Below are positions 51,213 through 60,761 of a DNA stretch of 64,000 bases, piece by piece. Every line of letters begins with the position of its first letter. The first letter of the stretch is position 1. This stretch comes from Planctomycetota bacterium (lineage in GTDB: Bacteria > Planctomycetota > UBA1135 > UBA2386), in the NCBI GenBank assembly GCA_041178545.1, contig JBEGVB010000056.1, positions 369-64,368 of the forward strand, given 5' to 3'. The notes under the pieces were generated by a model that was not told where the DNA came from, ran no database searches, and saw only the letters and a list, made by a program, of their open reading frames with translations. A program made the translations under genes and the position numbers.

Positions 51213-53165
51213 TCAGCGCCGCAGCCCTGCGCGCTGCTCGAGCGTGAAGCGAGCGGCCACGTGCTGCGGCGTCAGGCCCACCTGCTCGACCACCTGGTTG
51301 CGGCTCATGTGCTCGAGGATGGCGTCGGGCACGGCCATCACCTGGATCTGGGCACGCACCGGGCCGTGTGCCGCAACGCACTCCAGCACCGCGGAGCCGA
51401 ACCCGCCGAAGAGGCTGTGGTCCTCGAGGGTGACCACGCGGTCGTGGCGGTCGGCGAGGGCAAGGATGCCCGCAGTGTCGAGCGGCTTCACGAAGCGCGC
51501 GTTCACCACCTCGACGTGGATGCCCTGCTTCTCCAGCAGCACAGCCGCCTCGAGGGCGGTCTGGACCATGTGGCCGTACGCGAGGATGGCACCGTCGGCG
51601 CCCTCGCGCAGGATCTCCATGCGACCCATCTCGACGGGCTGCCGCCTGCCGTGCCAGCCCGGGAGGTCGCCGCGGTCCGGCGCGTTGCCGCGTGCGTAGC
51701 GGATGCCGACTGCATGGGGCTGCTGCAGTGCGAAGGCGAGCATCTCGTGCAGCTCCGGCCCGTCCTTGGGCGCCATCAGCGTGATGTGCGGCATGCAGCG
51801 CAAGTAGGCGATGTCGTAGAGGCCGTTGTGCGTGGCCCCGTCCTCGCCCACGAGCCCCGCCCGGTCCATGGCGAAGACCACGGGCACCTTCTGGAGGATG
51901 ACCTCCTGGAACACCATGTCGTAGCCACGTTGCAGGAACGAGGAGTAGATGGCCGCCACGGGCTTCATGCCCGCGGTGGCGAGACCGGAGGCCATCGCCA
52001 CGGCGTGCTGCTCGGCAATGCCTGCGTCGATGAACCGGTCCGGGAACCGGTCGCGGTACTCCATGAGGCCGGTGCCGTCGGGCATCGCGGCGGTGATCGC
52101 CACCACCTTCGGGTCCTTGGCAGCGAGCTCGATGAGCCCCTCCCCGAACCACTCGGTCCAGCTGCGCCCCGGCTTGGCCGTCGGCACCACCGGCTGCAGC
52201 ACACAGGGCTCCACCGGCACCTTCTCGGGCTTCTTCTTCGGCTGCGGCTTCGCGGCATGGGCGCGGTCGTAGCGTTCCTCGCTGCCGGGCACGCCCTTGC
52301 CCTTCTCGGTCTTGACGTGCAGCAGCACGACGCCTTCGAGCTGCTTCACGCGCTCGAGGGTCTCTACCAGCTCGTCGAGGTTGTGGCCGTCGATCGGGCC
52401 GAAGTAGCGGAAGCCGAGCTCCTCGAAGAGGTGGCCGGGCACCACCATGTTCTTCACCGTGTCGACGGCCTCGCCGATGCGCCCGTCCAGCTCCTTGCCC
52501 ACGACCGGGATCGACTGGATCAGGTGGTGGACGGCTTCCTTGGCCTGGTTGTAGAAGCGGCCCGAACGCACCTTGTTGAGGTAGTGCGAGAGCGCGCCCA
52601 CGGTCTTGGCGATCGACCAGCGGTTGTCGTTGAGGATCACCAGGAGACGCTGGCCCTCCAGCGAGCCTGCGTGGTTGAGCGCCTCGAAGGCGACGCCGCA
52701 GCCGAGGGCTGCGTCACCGACCACGGCGACGGAATGGCGGTCGCGGCCCTGCATCCGGTCGCCGATGGCGATGCCGAGCGCGGCCGAGGCGGCGGTGCCG
52801 GCGTGGCCCATCAGGTACGGGTCGTAGAGCGACTCGTAGCGGTTGGTGAAGCCGGAGAGACCGCCCTTCTGGCGCAGGGTGTGGAACCGGTCCTTGCGAC
52901 CGGTGAGCAGCTTGTGGCCGTAGACCTGGTGGCCGACGTCCCAGACGAGCCGGTCGTCACTGAAGTCGTACAGGTAGTGCAGCGCGATCGTGAGCTCGAC
53001 CACGCCCATGCTGGAGCCGAGGTGGCCACCGGTCACGGAGACCGTGTCCATGATCACCTTGCGGAGCTCCGCGGCCAGCAGGGGCAGTTGCTCGCGGGTC
53101 AGCTTCTTGAGGTCCGAGGGATCCTGGATCCGGTCCAGAAGTGGGGTCTGGGATGCTGGTTCCAA
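51213..53165 (-). CDS. dxs: 1-deoxy-D-xylulose-5-phosphate synthase
   Basis: GGHLGSSMGVVELTIALH, the TPP motif GDAALGCGVAFEALN, and a full-length transketolase-like layout. TTG start with GGAG 8 nt upstream. Confidence 0.95.
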   Translation of the reverse strand: MEPASQTPLLDRIQDPSDLKKLTREQLPLLAAELRKVIMDTVSVTGGHLGSSMGVVELTIALHYLYDFSDDRLVWDVGHQVYGHKLLTGRKDRFHTLRQKGGLSGFTNRYESLYDPYLMGHAGTAASAALGIAIGDRMQGRDRHSVAVVGDAALGCGVAFEALNHAGSLEGQRLLVILNDNRWSIAKTVGALSHYLNKVRSGRFYNQAKEAVHHLIQSIPVVGKELDGRIGEAVDTVKNMVVPGHLFEELGFRYFGPIDGHNLDELVETLERVKQLEGVVLLHVKTEKGKGVPGSEERYDRAHAAKPQPKKKPEKVPVEPCVLQPVVPTAKPGRSWTEWFGEGLIELAAKDPKVVAITAAMPDGTGLMEYRDRFPDRFIDAGIAEQHAVAMASGLATAGMKPVAAIYSSFLQRGYDMVFQEVILQKVPVVFAMDRAGLVGEDGATHNGLYDIAYLRCMPHITLMAPKDGPELHEMLAFALQQPHAVGIRYARGNAPDRGDLPGWHGRRQPVEMGRMEILREGADGAILAYGHMVQTALEAAVLLEKQGIHVEVVNARFVKPLDTAGILALADRHDRVVTLEDHSLFGGFGSAVLECVAAHGPVRAQIQVMAVPDAILEHMSRNQVVEQVGLTPQHVAARFTLEQRAGLRR

Positions 53166-53183
53166 AGCAGGCTCCGAGTCCGG

Positions 53184-54146
53184 TCAGTTGCGTCGCGCAA
53201 TCGTGTACTGCGCCACATCTTGCAGCAGCCCCACCGCCGCGTCCAGTTCGGCGTCGGGACGGGACCGCCAGCGGGCCGCTCGGGAGACGATCCCAGGGGC
53301 CAGCGCAGAGGCTTCTTGGGCGAGGGCTCGCGCGGTGGCAAGGCTTGTTTCCAGGCCAGCGACTGCGGGCCAGGTCAACTTCTGGAGGGCCAGGTCGGCA
53401 CCCGGGTTCTTGCCCAGGTCCGCCGCGGCACCGGTGAGGTCCAGACAGTCGTCGGCGATCTGGAAGGCGCGGCCGACCCGGTCGCCGTAGGCAACCAACT
53501 GGTCCAGCAGGTCATGGGGCAGTGCGCCGTCCTCGGGCGGGGTCCCGGCGAGTGCCCCCACCACCAGCGATGCCGTGATCAGGGCACCGGTCTTGCGGTC
53601 GTGGATCCACGCCACGCGCTCCAGGGTGCGTTCGCCCCCCGCGCCCTCGGCCTCGAGGTCTGCCATCTGGCCACCCACCATGCCAAGGCTGCCTGCAGCC
53701 CGGGCAAGGCATGCAACCGCCTGCCCACCGCCCTGGGCCACGCCCTCGAAGGCGAGCGTCAGGAGGGCATCGCCCACGAGGAGCGCCGTGGCCTCGCCGT
53801 AGACCTTGTGGCAGGTGGCCCTGCCCCGGCGCAGGTCGTCGTCGTCCATGCAGGGCAGGTCGTCGTGCACCAGGCTGTAGGTGTGCAGGCACTCGATGGC
53901 AGCAGCAGGGACCAGTGCGCGCGCCGCGTCACCGCCAGTCGCCTGGCAACCGAGCAGGGCCAGCATCGGGCGCAGTCGCTTCCCACCGGGGAACATCGCG
54001 TAGCGCATCGCCTCGTGCAGGGCAGTCGGCGCCTGCGAGGCCTGCGGCAGCAGCCGGTCGAGCGCGTCCTCGACGCGCGGCAGCCACGATGCCGCCCAGG
54101 CGCGGAAGCCGTCGCGTGCGACGGCATGCTCCTGCGACGCGCTCAA
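53184..54146 (-). CDS. ispA: Polyprenyl diphosphate synthase (FPP/GGPP synthase, IspA family)
   Basis: First Asp-rich motif LVHDDLPCMDDDDLRRG; second is FQIADDCLD. The TTG 54146 start overlaps the upstream stop (TTGA), so the start is uncertain. Confidence 0.85.
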   Translation of the reverse strand: MSASQEHAVARDGFRAWAASWLPRVEDALDRLLPQASQAPTALHEAMRYAMFPGGKRLRPMLALLGCQATGGDAARALVPAAAIECLHTYSLVHDDLPCMDDDDLRRGRATCHKVYGEATALLVGDALLTLAFEGVAQGGGQAVACLARAAGSLGMVGGQMADLEAEGAGGERTLERVAWIHDRKTGALITASLVVGALAGTPPEDGALPHDLLDQLVAYGDRVGRAFQIADDCLDLTGAAADLGKNPGADLALQKLTWPAVAGLETSLATARALAQEASALAPGIVSRAARWRSRPDAELDAAVGLLQDVAQYTIARRN

Positions 54147-55240
54147 CGGCGCACCACCATGCCGAGCATGGCGTCGCTGGCGGCCTTCGGGGTCACGTCG
54201 CGCAACAGGAGTCTCATGCCTTCCTCGGCAATGGCCGACACCCCACCCGGGGTGCGCAGCGATCCGCCAGCGAGAACGAGTTGCACGATACCGGCAGCCT
54301 CGTCGATTTCGATCCAAAGGGTGTCCGCGTCGATGGTGGCCTGCAACCGGTTTGCCGCGTCGTAGCCGCGCAAGGACACCCCGACGAACCGGCCGTCCTT
54401 CAGGTCGGCGAGTTCGCCGAGCCGGTACCGGGTCTCCGCCGCACTCGCGTCGAGCAGGGCATTGCAGCGTTCCAGCCACATCGCCCGGGTGCGAGGGTCG
54501 GTCGAAGGGGCTGGGGCGGGCGCAACGACACCTGCAGCGCCGTCCGCAGCGACGCCAGTGGCACGCAGCAGGTAGGGCAGACGTTCCTCCCACAGGCGAG
54601 GGGTCACCGGCCGGAACTCCAGTGCCAGCCCTTCGGCGGGGAAGTCGGTGCGCTCCGCGCCGGAGCGGCGGTGGCCCTCGAAGAAGCGGAGCACGACGCT
54701 GGCCTTGGAACGGTCGAGCTCGACCCGCATCCGGCGGGCGAGGAAGAGCGCCGACTCGAACTCGCCGGCCTCCGAGTCGAGCACCTCCACGTCGCGCAGC
54801 TCCTGGTCCTCGATCGCACTCGCGGAGAGGAAGCGCAACCCGGCAAATCCGTCTGCGCGCAGGCAGTCGCGGAGTGCGAGCAGTGCGACCCGCACGCCCT
54901 CGGGCACGACTGCCCTTGCAGCACGACGCACCTCCTCCGCCTTGCGCGCGGCAAGTTCTGCCGCAGCACGTTCCTCGAGTGCCTTGCCGAGCGCCTCCAC
55001 CTTTCCAACCGCACCGGCAAGCTCGATCTCGAGCCGGACACGTTCGTCCTCGACAGCCCGCAGCGTGCGTGCAGAGCTCGCCGCGACCTCTCGGGACGCC
55101 TCGACCGCGAGCCGTGCCTCGTCGAGTTCGACTCGCATCCGGCCCGCCTCGGCGGCAAGCCGTTTCTGGTCGATCGTGATCCAGGACGCGGCGCCGAGAC
55201 CGGCCACGGCAAGCATCCAGGGCAGCAGGTTCCGCAGCAT
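54143..55240 (-). CDS. Membrane-anchored coiled-coil protein, unknown function
   Basis: ATG 55240. TM LLPWMLAVAGLGAASWITI, a ~100-aa Ala/Glu/Arg coiled coil, then an uncharacterised domain. Confidence 0.55.
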   Translation of the reverse strand: MLRNLLPWMLAVAGLGAASWITIDQKRLAAEAGRMRVELDEARLAVEASREVAASSARTLRAVEDERVRLEIELAGAVGKVEALGKALEERAAAELAARKAEEVRRAARAVVPEGVRVALLALRDCLRADGFAGLRFLSASAIEDQELRDVEVLDSEAGEFESALFLARRMRVELDRSKASVVLRFFEGHRRSGAERTDFPAEGLALEFRPVTPRLWEERLPYLLRATGVAADGAAGVVAPAPAPSTDPRTRAMWLERCNALLDASAAETRYRLGELADLKDGRFVGVSLRGYDAANRLQATIDADTLWIEIDEAAGIVQLVLAGGSLRTPGGVSAIAEEGMRLLLRDVTPKAASDAMLGMVVRR

Positions 55241-55288
55241 GGCTCGGCTTCGACGGTGGGGAGTGCGGATCCTTGCCTCAGCCGCAGA

Positions 55289-56101
55289 TCACTTGGACCA
55301 GTCGGCTGCGCGGTTCTTGTTGAACCAGGTGTTCCAGTCCGGGTACTGCCGGAAGTTCTGACCGGTGAGCCGGCCGAGAGTGGAGTTCCACTTGTCGGAG
55401 ATGACAGCCAGGTAGTCGCGGGCGTTCTGGGCCTCGATGTCCGCGGAGTCGAGGACGCGCGAGCGGCTGTCCAGCTCGCCGTAGCGGATCAGCAGGTTGT
55501 TGACGATTTCCTTGCGGACCTTCTGGTCCGACCCCTCGAAGTTGCCGAGCGCCTCGCCGGCAGCCGCCATCAGCTGCGGCTCCGGGGATCGCCTCGCCTC
55601 CTCGCAGAGGAACTTGACCATCGACTCGTCCTTGGTCTTGCCGAGGTTGCGCAACAGGGCCTCGCGCAGCTTCACCCACTCCGGCTTGTTGGGGAACCGC
55701 TTGTTGTCGAAGGCCGCCTTGAGCGGCTTGGACCCGTCGTTGCCCATGGTGCCCAACGCGGCGGCAGCAGCGACGTACAGCTGGATCGAGGCGGCCTCGC
55801 GCAGCTTGCCGCCCGTGAAGACGGACTCGAGCCCCTTGGCGACATCCTTCCGGTCCTTCTCGGCGAGACCCGCTGCCACCTTGGAGGTGAGCAGGTCGAT
55901 GACCTGCACGCCCTCGGCGTCACGGGCCATCTTCTTGTCTCCCACGATCTCCTTGAGGGTCGCGAGCTGCTTCGGCACCTCGGGGTCCGGCTTGAGCTTC
56001 CCGGCATCCGCGGGATCCCCTTGGGCCGACAGGAGCCCGACCGACAGGAACCCGACCACCACGGCGCACACAGCGAGCATTCGGCAACGGAAAGAGGACA
56101 T
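55289..56101 (-). CDS. Secreted alpha-helical (HEAT-like) protein, unknown function
   Basis: ATG 56101 with GAGGTGG 4-5 nt upstream. Signal peptide MSSFRCRMLAVCAVVVGFLSVGLLSAQG. Lys-rich helical repeats. Confidence 0.55.
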   Translation of the reverse strand: MSSFRCRMLAVCAVVVGFLSVGLLSAQGDPADAGKLKPDPEVPKQLATLKEIVGDKKMARDAEGVQVIDLLTSKVAAGLAEKDRKDVAKGLESVFTGGKLREAASIQLYVAAAAALGTMGNDGSKPLKAAFDNKRFPNKPEWVKLREALLRNLGKTKDESMVKFLCEEARRSPEPQLMAAAGEALGNFEGSDQKVRKEIVNNLLIRYGELDSRSRVLDSADIEAQNARDYLAVISDKWNSTLGRLTGQNFRQYPDWNTWFNKNRAADWSK

Positions 56102-56225
56102 GTTCCACCTCGGGTGTCGCGCGAGGGCCCCGCTCCGGGGCGTTGCGCGGTACCGCCAAGCGTCAACAAATAGCATGCCCCCCGGTCGGGAACCAAGGTT
56201 GCGGCCCCGTCCCGGGACCGTGGGC

Positions 56226-58535
56226 TCAGCCCGAACGAACCCTGCCCAGCATCTCCCGGGCCACCTCGCGCACCAGGACGGGGTCCAGCTGGTGCCAGTT
56301 GCAGGTGCGCAGGTGCTCCTCGGGCACGCCGCGGGAGCGCAGGCGGAGCACCAGTTCCTCCGCGAGCGCCCGGAACCCGCGACCGTGCGGGGAGGCCGGG
56401 TCGTACTGGTCGCGGAACTCCGCCACGTGCGAGAGGACGAGGTGCGTGTACGGGCTCAGCGCGAGGGCGGCAAGTTCCGCACGACGCTCCATCTCGCCCT
56501 CGATGGCCGCAGGCGAGAACCCGAAGGCGAACAACAGGCCGAGCCCGCGCCAGAGGTTTGCCTCGAACGGCAGGTAGTGGAAGGAGTCGACGAGGTGTGC
56601 GCGCTCGTGGTGGCGGATGGTGTCCAGCACTGCGGACTCGAGCTCTGCATCGGGAACGGGGCAGGCGAGGGCGAGCCGCCACTCGGCGTCGAGCGGGTCC
56701 GCAGGGTCGACCGAGGTGGGCAAGGGGTCCGAAGCGAGGGCGCCGCCGTCCTCCTGAGCGACAGCGCGACGCTGGCGGATGCCGCCCGCCCACTGCCGGA
56801 CGGAGTCGTGGTCCACCAGGAAGTGGTTGAGCAGCGCGACGCCTGCGATGTCGCCGCCGATCACGCCGGAAACGGAGCGGATCGTGCGGTTCTCGCACAC
56901 GACCTCCATGCACCTCGCAGGCAGTGGCAGCGCGTCGTCCCGTGGCAGCTCGCGCAGGGAGAGTCTCGTGAGCAGCATGCCCTCGACCGGGCCGGAGGAC
57001 TTCTGCCCGAGCACGAGATGCTTGTTGTAGCGGGCGAACCACGCGCCCAGTCCGCTGGAGAACGGGTCCAGCAGGTCGCCCACGAGGGGCACGAGGAACC
57101 GCGGCGTCGCCCCCACCACGTCCCTGCCGTGGATGCGCGTCGACAGGAGGCGCAGCTGGGCGAGCACGTCGTCCATCGACGGCGGCTTTGGCGAGCCGTA
57201 GCCGGAGTAGAGCAGCCGCCGGACCTCCGACTCGAAGGCGAGCGCCTTCACCACCTCGTCGTGCAGCGCGGTCAGTCCGACGTGGCCCGGGAAGCGCAGC
57301 AGGGCAAGGGCCCCGAACTGGTCCGCTTCCGGAAGCAGGCCGGTGTCGCGCAGGGACTCCAACAGCGACGTGGCTCGCTGGGGGTCGGAGAGCGGGTCGT
57401 GTTCGCGCCACTCGCCGCGCACGAGACGGAGCCACGTGCCGCGCAACTGGTTGGACTCGTCCTCCAGCAGTTCGCTCGGGATGTCCTGGGCCACCACCTC
57501 GAGGCACCCGCGCACGTCCCCGGTGGCGAGCAGCAACTCGCGCTCGAGCCGGCGCAGCGCAGGTTCGCGTTGCGCGACGGGACGTCCACGCACCAACGCG
57601 AGGGCCGCGTGCGGCTGGTGCAGCTGGCGCAGGAGCCGCACCGCGGTTGCAGTGCCCTCGCCGCCTGCGAACCAGGCGAGCCGCCGCGGGTCCTCGCGCA
57701 GGGCCTCGAGCATCTGGCTCGCCTGGTCCTGGGCCACCCCTGCCTGCAGCCACTGCGCGGCGAGGTTCTGGACCGCTGGGTCGAACGGTCGCATGCGCAG
57801 GCAGTCGAGGAAGGCTGCCCATGCCTCCAGTCGTTTGTCCTGCGCGAGGAGCACCTGTACCTGCCCGATCTGGCCGAGACCTTGCGCATCGCGGCGCGTG
57901 CCCATGTGGGCGTACACGGCAAGCGCCTCGTCGAGTCGACCTTCCTGCCGCAGCACTGAGCCGTAGCCAACACCCACCACCGGGTGCCGGCCGGAGGCCT
58001 CGTACACGCGGCGGTAGAGGTCGAGGCTGCGTTGCGGGTCCAGGTTGCGTTGTGCGTAGGCGAGACCGATCCAAGGCCAGACCGAGTCGGGCTGGAGCTC
58101 CGAGGACCGCTGCATGGCAGCAGCGCGCTGCTGCGGTTCGTCGAGCAGCCGTGCCCGCAGGTAGGTTGCCTCGCCCGAGCCCGGGTTCGCCGCGATCCGC
58201 TGGTCCGCCTCGACGAAGAGCAGGCCGAGCCGTCCGCGCTGTTGCAGGATGTCCTGGCGCAGACGGTGCGCGTCGACGGAACCCGGGTCAACGACCAGCA
58301 CGCGTTCGACGGCAGCGAGGGCAGCAACCGTCTCGCCGCGGTCGTTCAGCGCACGTGCCTCCAGCATGGCCCGGCCCTGGTCGTCGCGGCCCCAGGGCAG
58401 GGAACCCACCCGGCCCGGGACGGTGTCCTGCGTGGTCGTGCAGGAGACTGCGAGGAGCCCGAGCATGGCGAGGGCCGTTGCACGGGCCGCACCAGGGCGT
58501 GGCCGACGGGCCCGCGAGTCACTTCCGCACCGCAT
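56226..58535 (-). CDS. TPR-repeat lipoprotein with C-terminal HExxH motif domain
   Basis: ATG 58535 (alternative 58466). ...ALAMLGLLAVSC lipobox. N-terminal TPR-like helices. HHERAH at 56595-56612 in the C-terminal ~300-aa domain. Confidence 0.65.
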   Translation of the reverse strand: MRCGSDSRARRPRPGAARATALAMLGLLAVSCTTTQDTVPGRVGSLPWGRDDQGRAMLEARALNDRGETVAALAAVERVLVVDPGSVDAHRLRQDILQQRGRLGLLFVEADQRIAANPGSGEATYLRARLLDEPQQRAAAMQRSSELQPDSVWPWIGLAYAQRNLDPQRSLDLYRRVYEASGRHPVVGVGYGSVLRQEGRLDEALAVYAHMGTRRDAQGLGQIGQVQVLLAQDKRLEAWAAFLDCLRMRPFDPAVQNLAAQWLQAGVAQDQASQMLEALREDPRRLAWFAGGEGTATAVRLLRQLHQPHAALALVRGRPVAQREPALRRLERELLLATGDVRGCLEVVAQDIPSELLEDESNQLRGTWLRLVRGEWREHDPLSDPQRATSLLESLRDTGLLPEADQFGALALLRFPGHVGLTALHDEVVKALAFESEVRRLLYSGYGSPKPPSMDDVLAQLRLLSTRIHGRDVVGATPRFLVPLVGDLLDPFSSGLGAWFARYNKHLVLGQKSSGPVEGMLLTRLSLRELPRDDALPLPARCMEVVCENRTIRSVSGVIGGDIAGVALLNHFLVDHDSVRQWAGGIRQRRAVAQEDGGALASDPLPTSVDPADPLDAEWRLALACPVPDAELESAVLDTIRHHERAHLVDSFHYLPFEANLWRGLGLLFAFGFSPAAIEGEMERRAELAALALSPYTHLVLSHVAEFRDQYDPASPHGRGFRALAEELVLRLRSRGVPEEHLRTCNWHQLDPVLVREVAREMLGRVRSG

Positions 58536-58934
58536 CGGGTCATGGATACGACCGCTCGACGCAGAGGGCCAGCAGGCCCGAGGAAAAAGGTGTTCCCGCG
58601 GCGGCGCAAGGCACCGCGGGATCCCGGGCCGCGCGCATCCACCCCCCGGCGTCACGCGCGACTCTTGCCCGTACCAGCCGGCTCCCCAGCCGTTTGGTCC
58701 GTCGCAGAAGGTCCCCTGATCCTGCACAACCTTCTGCGTCGCTGCATCCACTCCCCCATTGGTGGGCTGCAGCGCGCACCCAATCTTCGTCATTCCAGCA
58801 GCGATTCTTCAGCAGCGCCCTGAGGTGCCGGTGCCACCGGCCGCAAGCTCCCACGATTTTCCACGGCACCGTTGCCGGAAGTGGCGCGGAACCGGCGAAC
58901 CTGCGGCTGGGATCTGGTATCTCCTCGCGGCGCC

Positions 58935-60755
58935 ATGAGGCCCCGCCTGCTCCCGCCGGCCGTGCTCGCAGTGCTTGCCGCCTGTGCGGCGCACACGCCC
59001 GAGTCCCCCACCCCGTTGCCGCCGACACCCTCGCCCGTGCGATGCACGCTGCTGCAGGGCTCGCTGCTGGTGCTGCGCGAGCCCACCGCGAACGGCGAAC
59101 CGGTCGCACCACCGCGCATCCTGCGCCTGTGGTGGCGCGAGTGCATGGTGCAGTCCGTGGACCTCGACGTCGCGCCGCAGTGGACCGACGGGACCCCGGC
59201 GGGCACGGAGGCCCATGCGCTGCAGCTGCACGTGGACGGCACGGCCCGGGTCGCGTCGGCGACGCTGGAACGGCCCGACGGCAGCACCCTGCTGGTCGCC
59301 CAACAGTCCCTGGGCAGCTTCTCGGAGCCGGTTGCGGCAGCACGCGCGCTGGCAGCCGGACTCGACCAGCTGGCATGGATGTGCAGGACGGCACTCGGCG
59401 ACCGCGTCGAACCACGTCCGGTAGCCTGCCTCGCGACCACGTCCACCAACCTGGATGCCGTGGTCGCACTCGAACGTGGCCTCGACGCGCTGCAGGACGG
59501 CATGCCTGCCGAGGGCATCCGGTTCCTGCAACTCGCACTGCGCATGGACCCCGGCAGCCCGCTGGCCATGGACGGACTTGCTGCCTGCCACCTGCTGCGG
59601 GGCGAGGGCGAGCTCGCGCTGCGCACACTCGATCGACCCGCTCCCTCGGGGCGCACCTCGAACGTGCTGCGGCAGCGGATGGCTCGCAGCCGCCTGCTCG
59701 CTCGCGCATCGGCCAACCCAGCCGAGGCTGCCACCTGCGACGCAGCTCTGCTCGCGCTGGGCACCGCCGACTCGGCCGCGCGTCCCCACGACGCACAGGC
59801 AAGGCTCACGGTGGCGGTGGCACACAACCTGCGCGGCGACTTCTCCACGGCCGAGCCGTTGCTGGCGGGGCTGCGGCTCCGCATGCCGGCCAACGCCCTT
59901 GCGGCGGTGCACCACGGCTGGGCACTGCTGGCTGTGGGGCGGCCGCACGAGGCCCGCCGCGCCCTTGCCGACGCGGAGGCCCGCATGCCGGCAGGCAGCC
60001 TCGTGGTCCCGCGGGCGATCGCACTCTGCGAGGACGGCGACCGCGACGGCTTCGAACGACTCGTCGCAGACGCAGTCGAGGGCACGGTCGAGGAGTCGGT
60101 CGCGCGCTTCGACATGGTCCGCATGCTCGACGCGAGGGAGATGCTGGCATTCCCGCCGGAACGCGACGGGAGTGCATCCGTCCCGCTGTCGGGGCGCGAC
60201 GTGGCGAGGATCACGAGCCTGTGCACCTGGCTGCTGCAGCGCCCCTCGCTGCTGGAGTCGCGCATCGGGCCGTTCACGGAGATGGCCGTCGTGGCACTGT
60301 CGTCGCCCCATGCCGCCCCTGCAGCCGACCTCGCGGACTCGCTGGCGGCTGCGAGCAGGTCCACGGGGACGGCTCCCGCGGTGGATGCGAGCCTCCGGTT
60401 CCTCGGCTCGCTCCAGTCCGTGCTGCGCGGCGGCACCTTGCCTCCGCGGCCGACGGCCGGGGACCGCGACGAGTTGGTGCGATGGCTCCGCGTCCGCGCC
60501 GCCTCGCAGCGGAGGGCGGGAGACCTAGCGGCGGAGGCAACCTCCCTGCGCGAGGCACTCGAGGTCGCGGCACACCCTGCCGTGCATGCAGAGCTGGTGC
60601 GGTCCCTTCGCAGCGCGGGCAGGACGGAGGACGCCGCCCGGGAACTTGCGCGACTGCGCGGGGAACTGCATGCGGTCCGGCTGCGCGGGGAGCTGCTGCA
60701 CCCGGCAACGGGTCCCGAGCGCGCTGCGTGGTGGAACGGGTTGCTGGCGCAGTAG
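58935..60755 (+). CDS. TPR-like helical lipoprotein, unknown function
   Basis: ATG 58935 (MRPRLLPPAVLAVLAACA lipobox) inside ORF 58872..60755. Ala/Leu/Arg-rich helical repeats. Confidence 0.6.
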   Translation: MRPRLLPPAVLAVLAACAAHTPESPTPLPPTPSPVRCTLLQGSLLVLREPTANGEPVAPPRILRLWWRECMVQSVDLDVAPQWTDGTPAGTEAHALQLHVDGTARVASATLERPDGSTLLVAQQSLGSFSEPVAAARALAAGLDQLAWMCRTALGDRVEPRPVACLATTSTNLDAVVALERGLDALQDGMPAEGIRFLQLALRMDPGSPLAMDGLAACHLLRGEGELALRTLDRPAPSGRTSNVLRQRMARSRLLARASANPAEAATCDAALLALGTADSAARPHDAQARLTVAVAHNLRGDFSTAEPLLAGLRLRMPANALAAVHHGWALLAVGRPHEARRALADAEARMPAGSLVVPRAIALCEDGDRDGFERLVADAVEGTVEESVARFDMVRMLDAREMLAFPPERDGSASVPLSGRDVARITSLCTWLLQRPSLLESRIGPFTEMAVVALSSPHAAPAADLADSLAAASRSTGTAPAVDASLRFLGSLQSVLRGGTLPPRPTAGDRDELVRWLRVRAASQRRAGDLAAEATSLREALEVAAHPAVHAELVRSLRSAGRTEDAARELARLRGELHAVRLRGELLHPATGPERAAWWNGLLAQ

Positions 60756-60761
60756 CCCAAC

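Noticed and set aside
58542-58823. 94-codon plus-strand ORF (MDTTARRRGPAGPRKKVF...) in the long divergent spacer.
   Set aside because: By my count, codon position 3 is only about two-thirds G/C, against about 90% in confident genes. The product is Arg/Pro-rich with no motif. Treated as non-coding.
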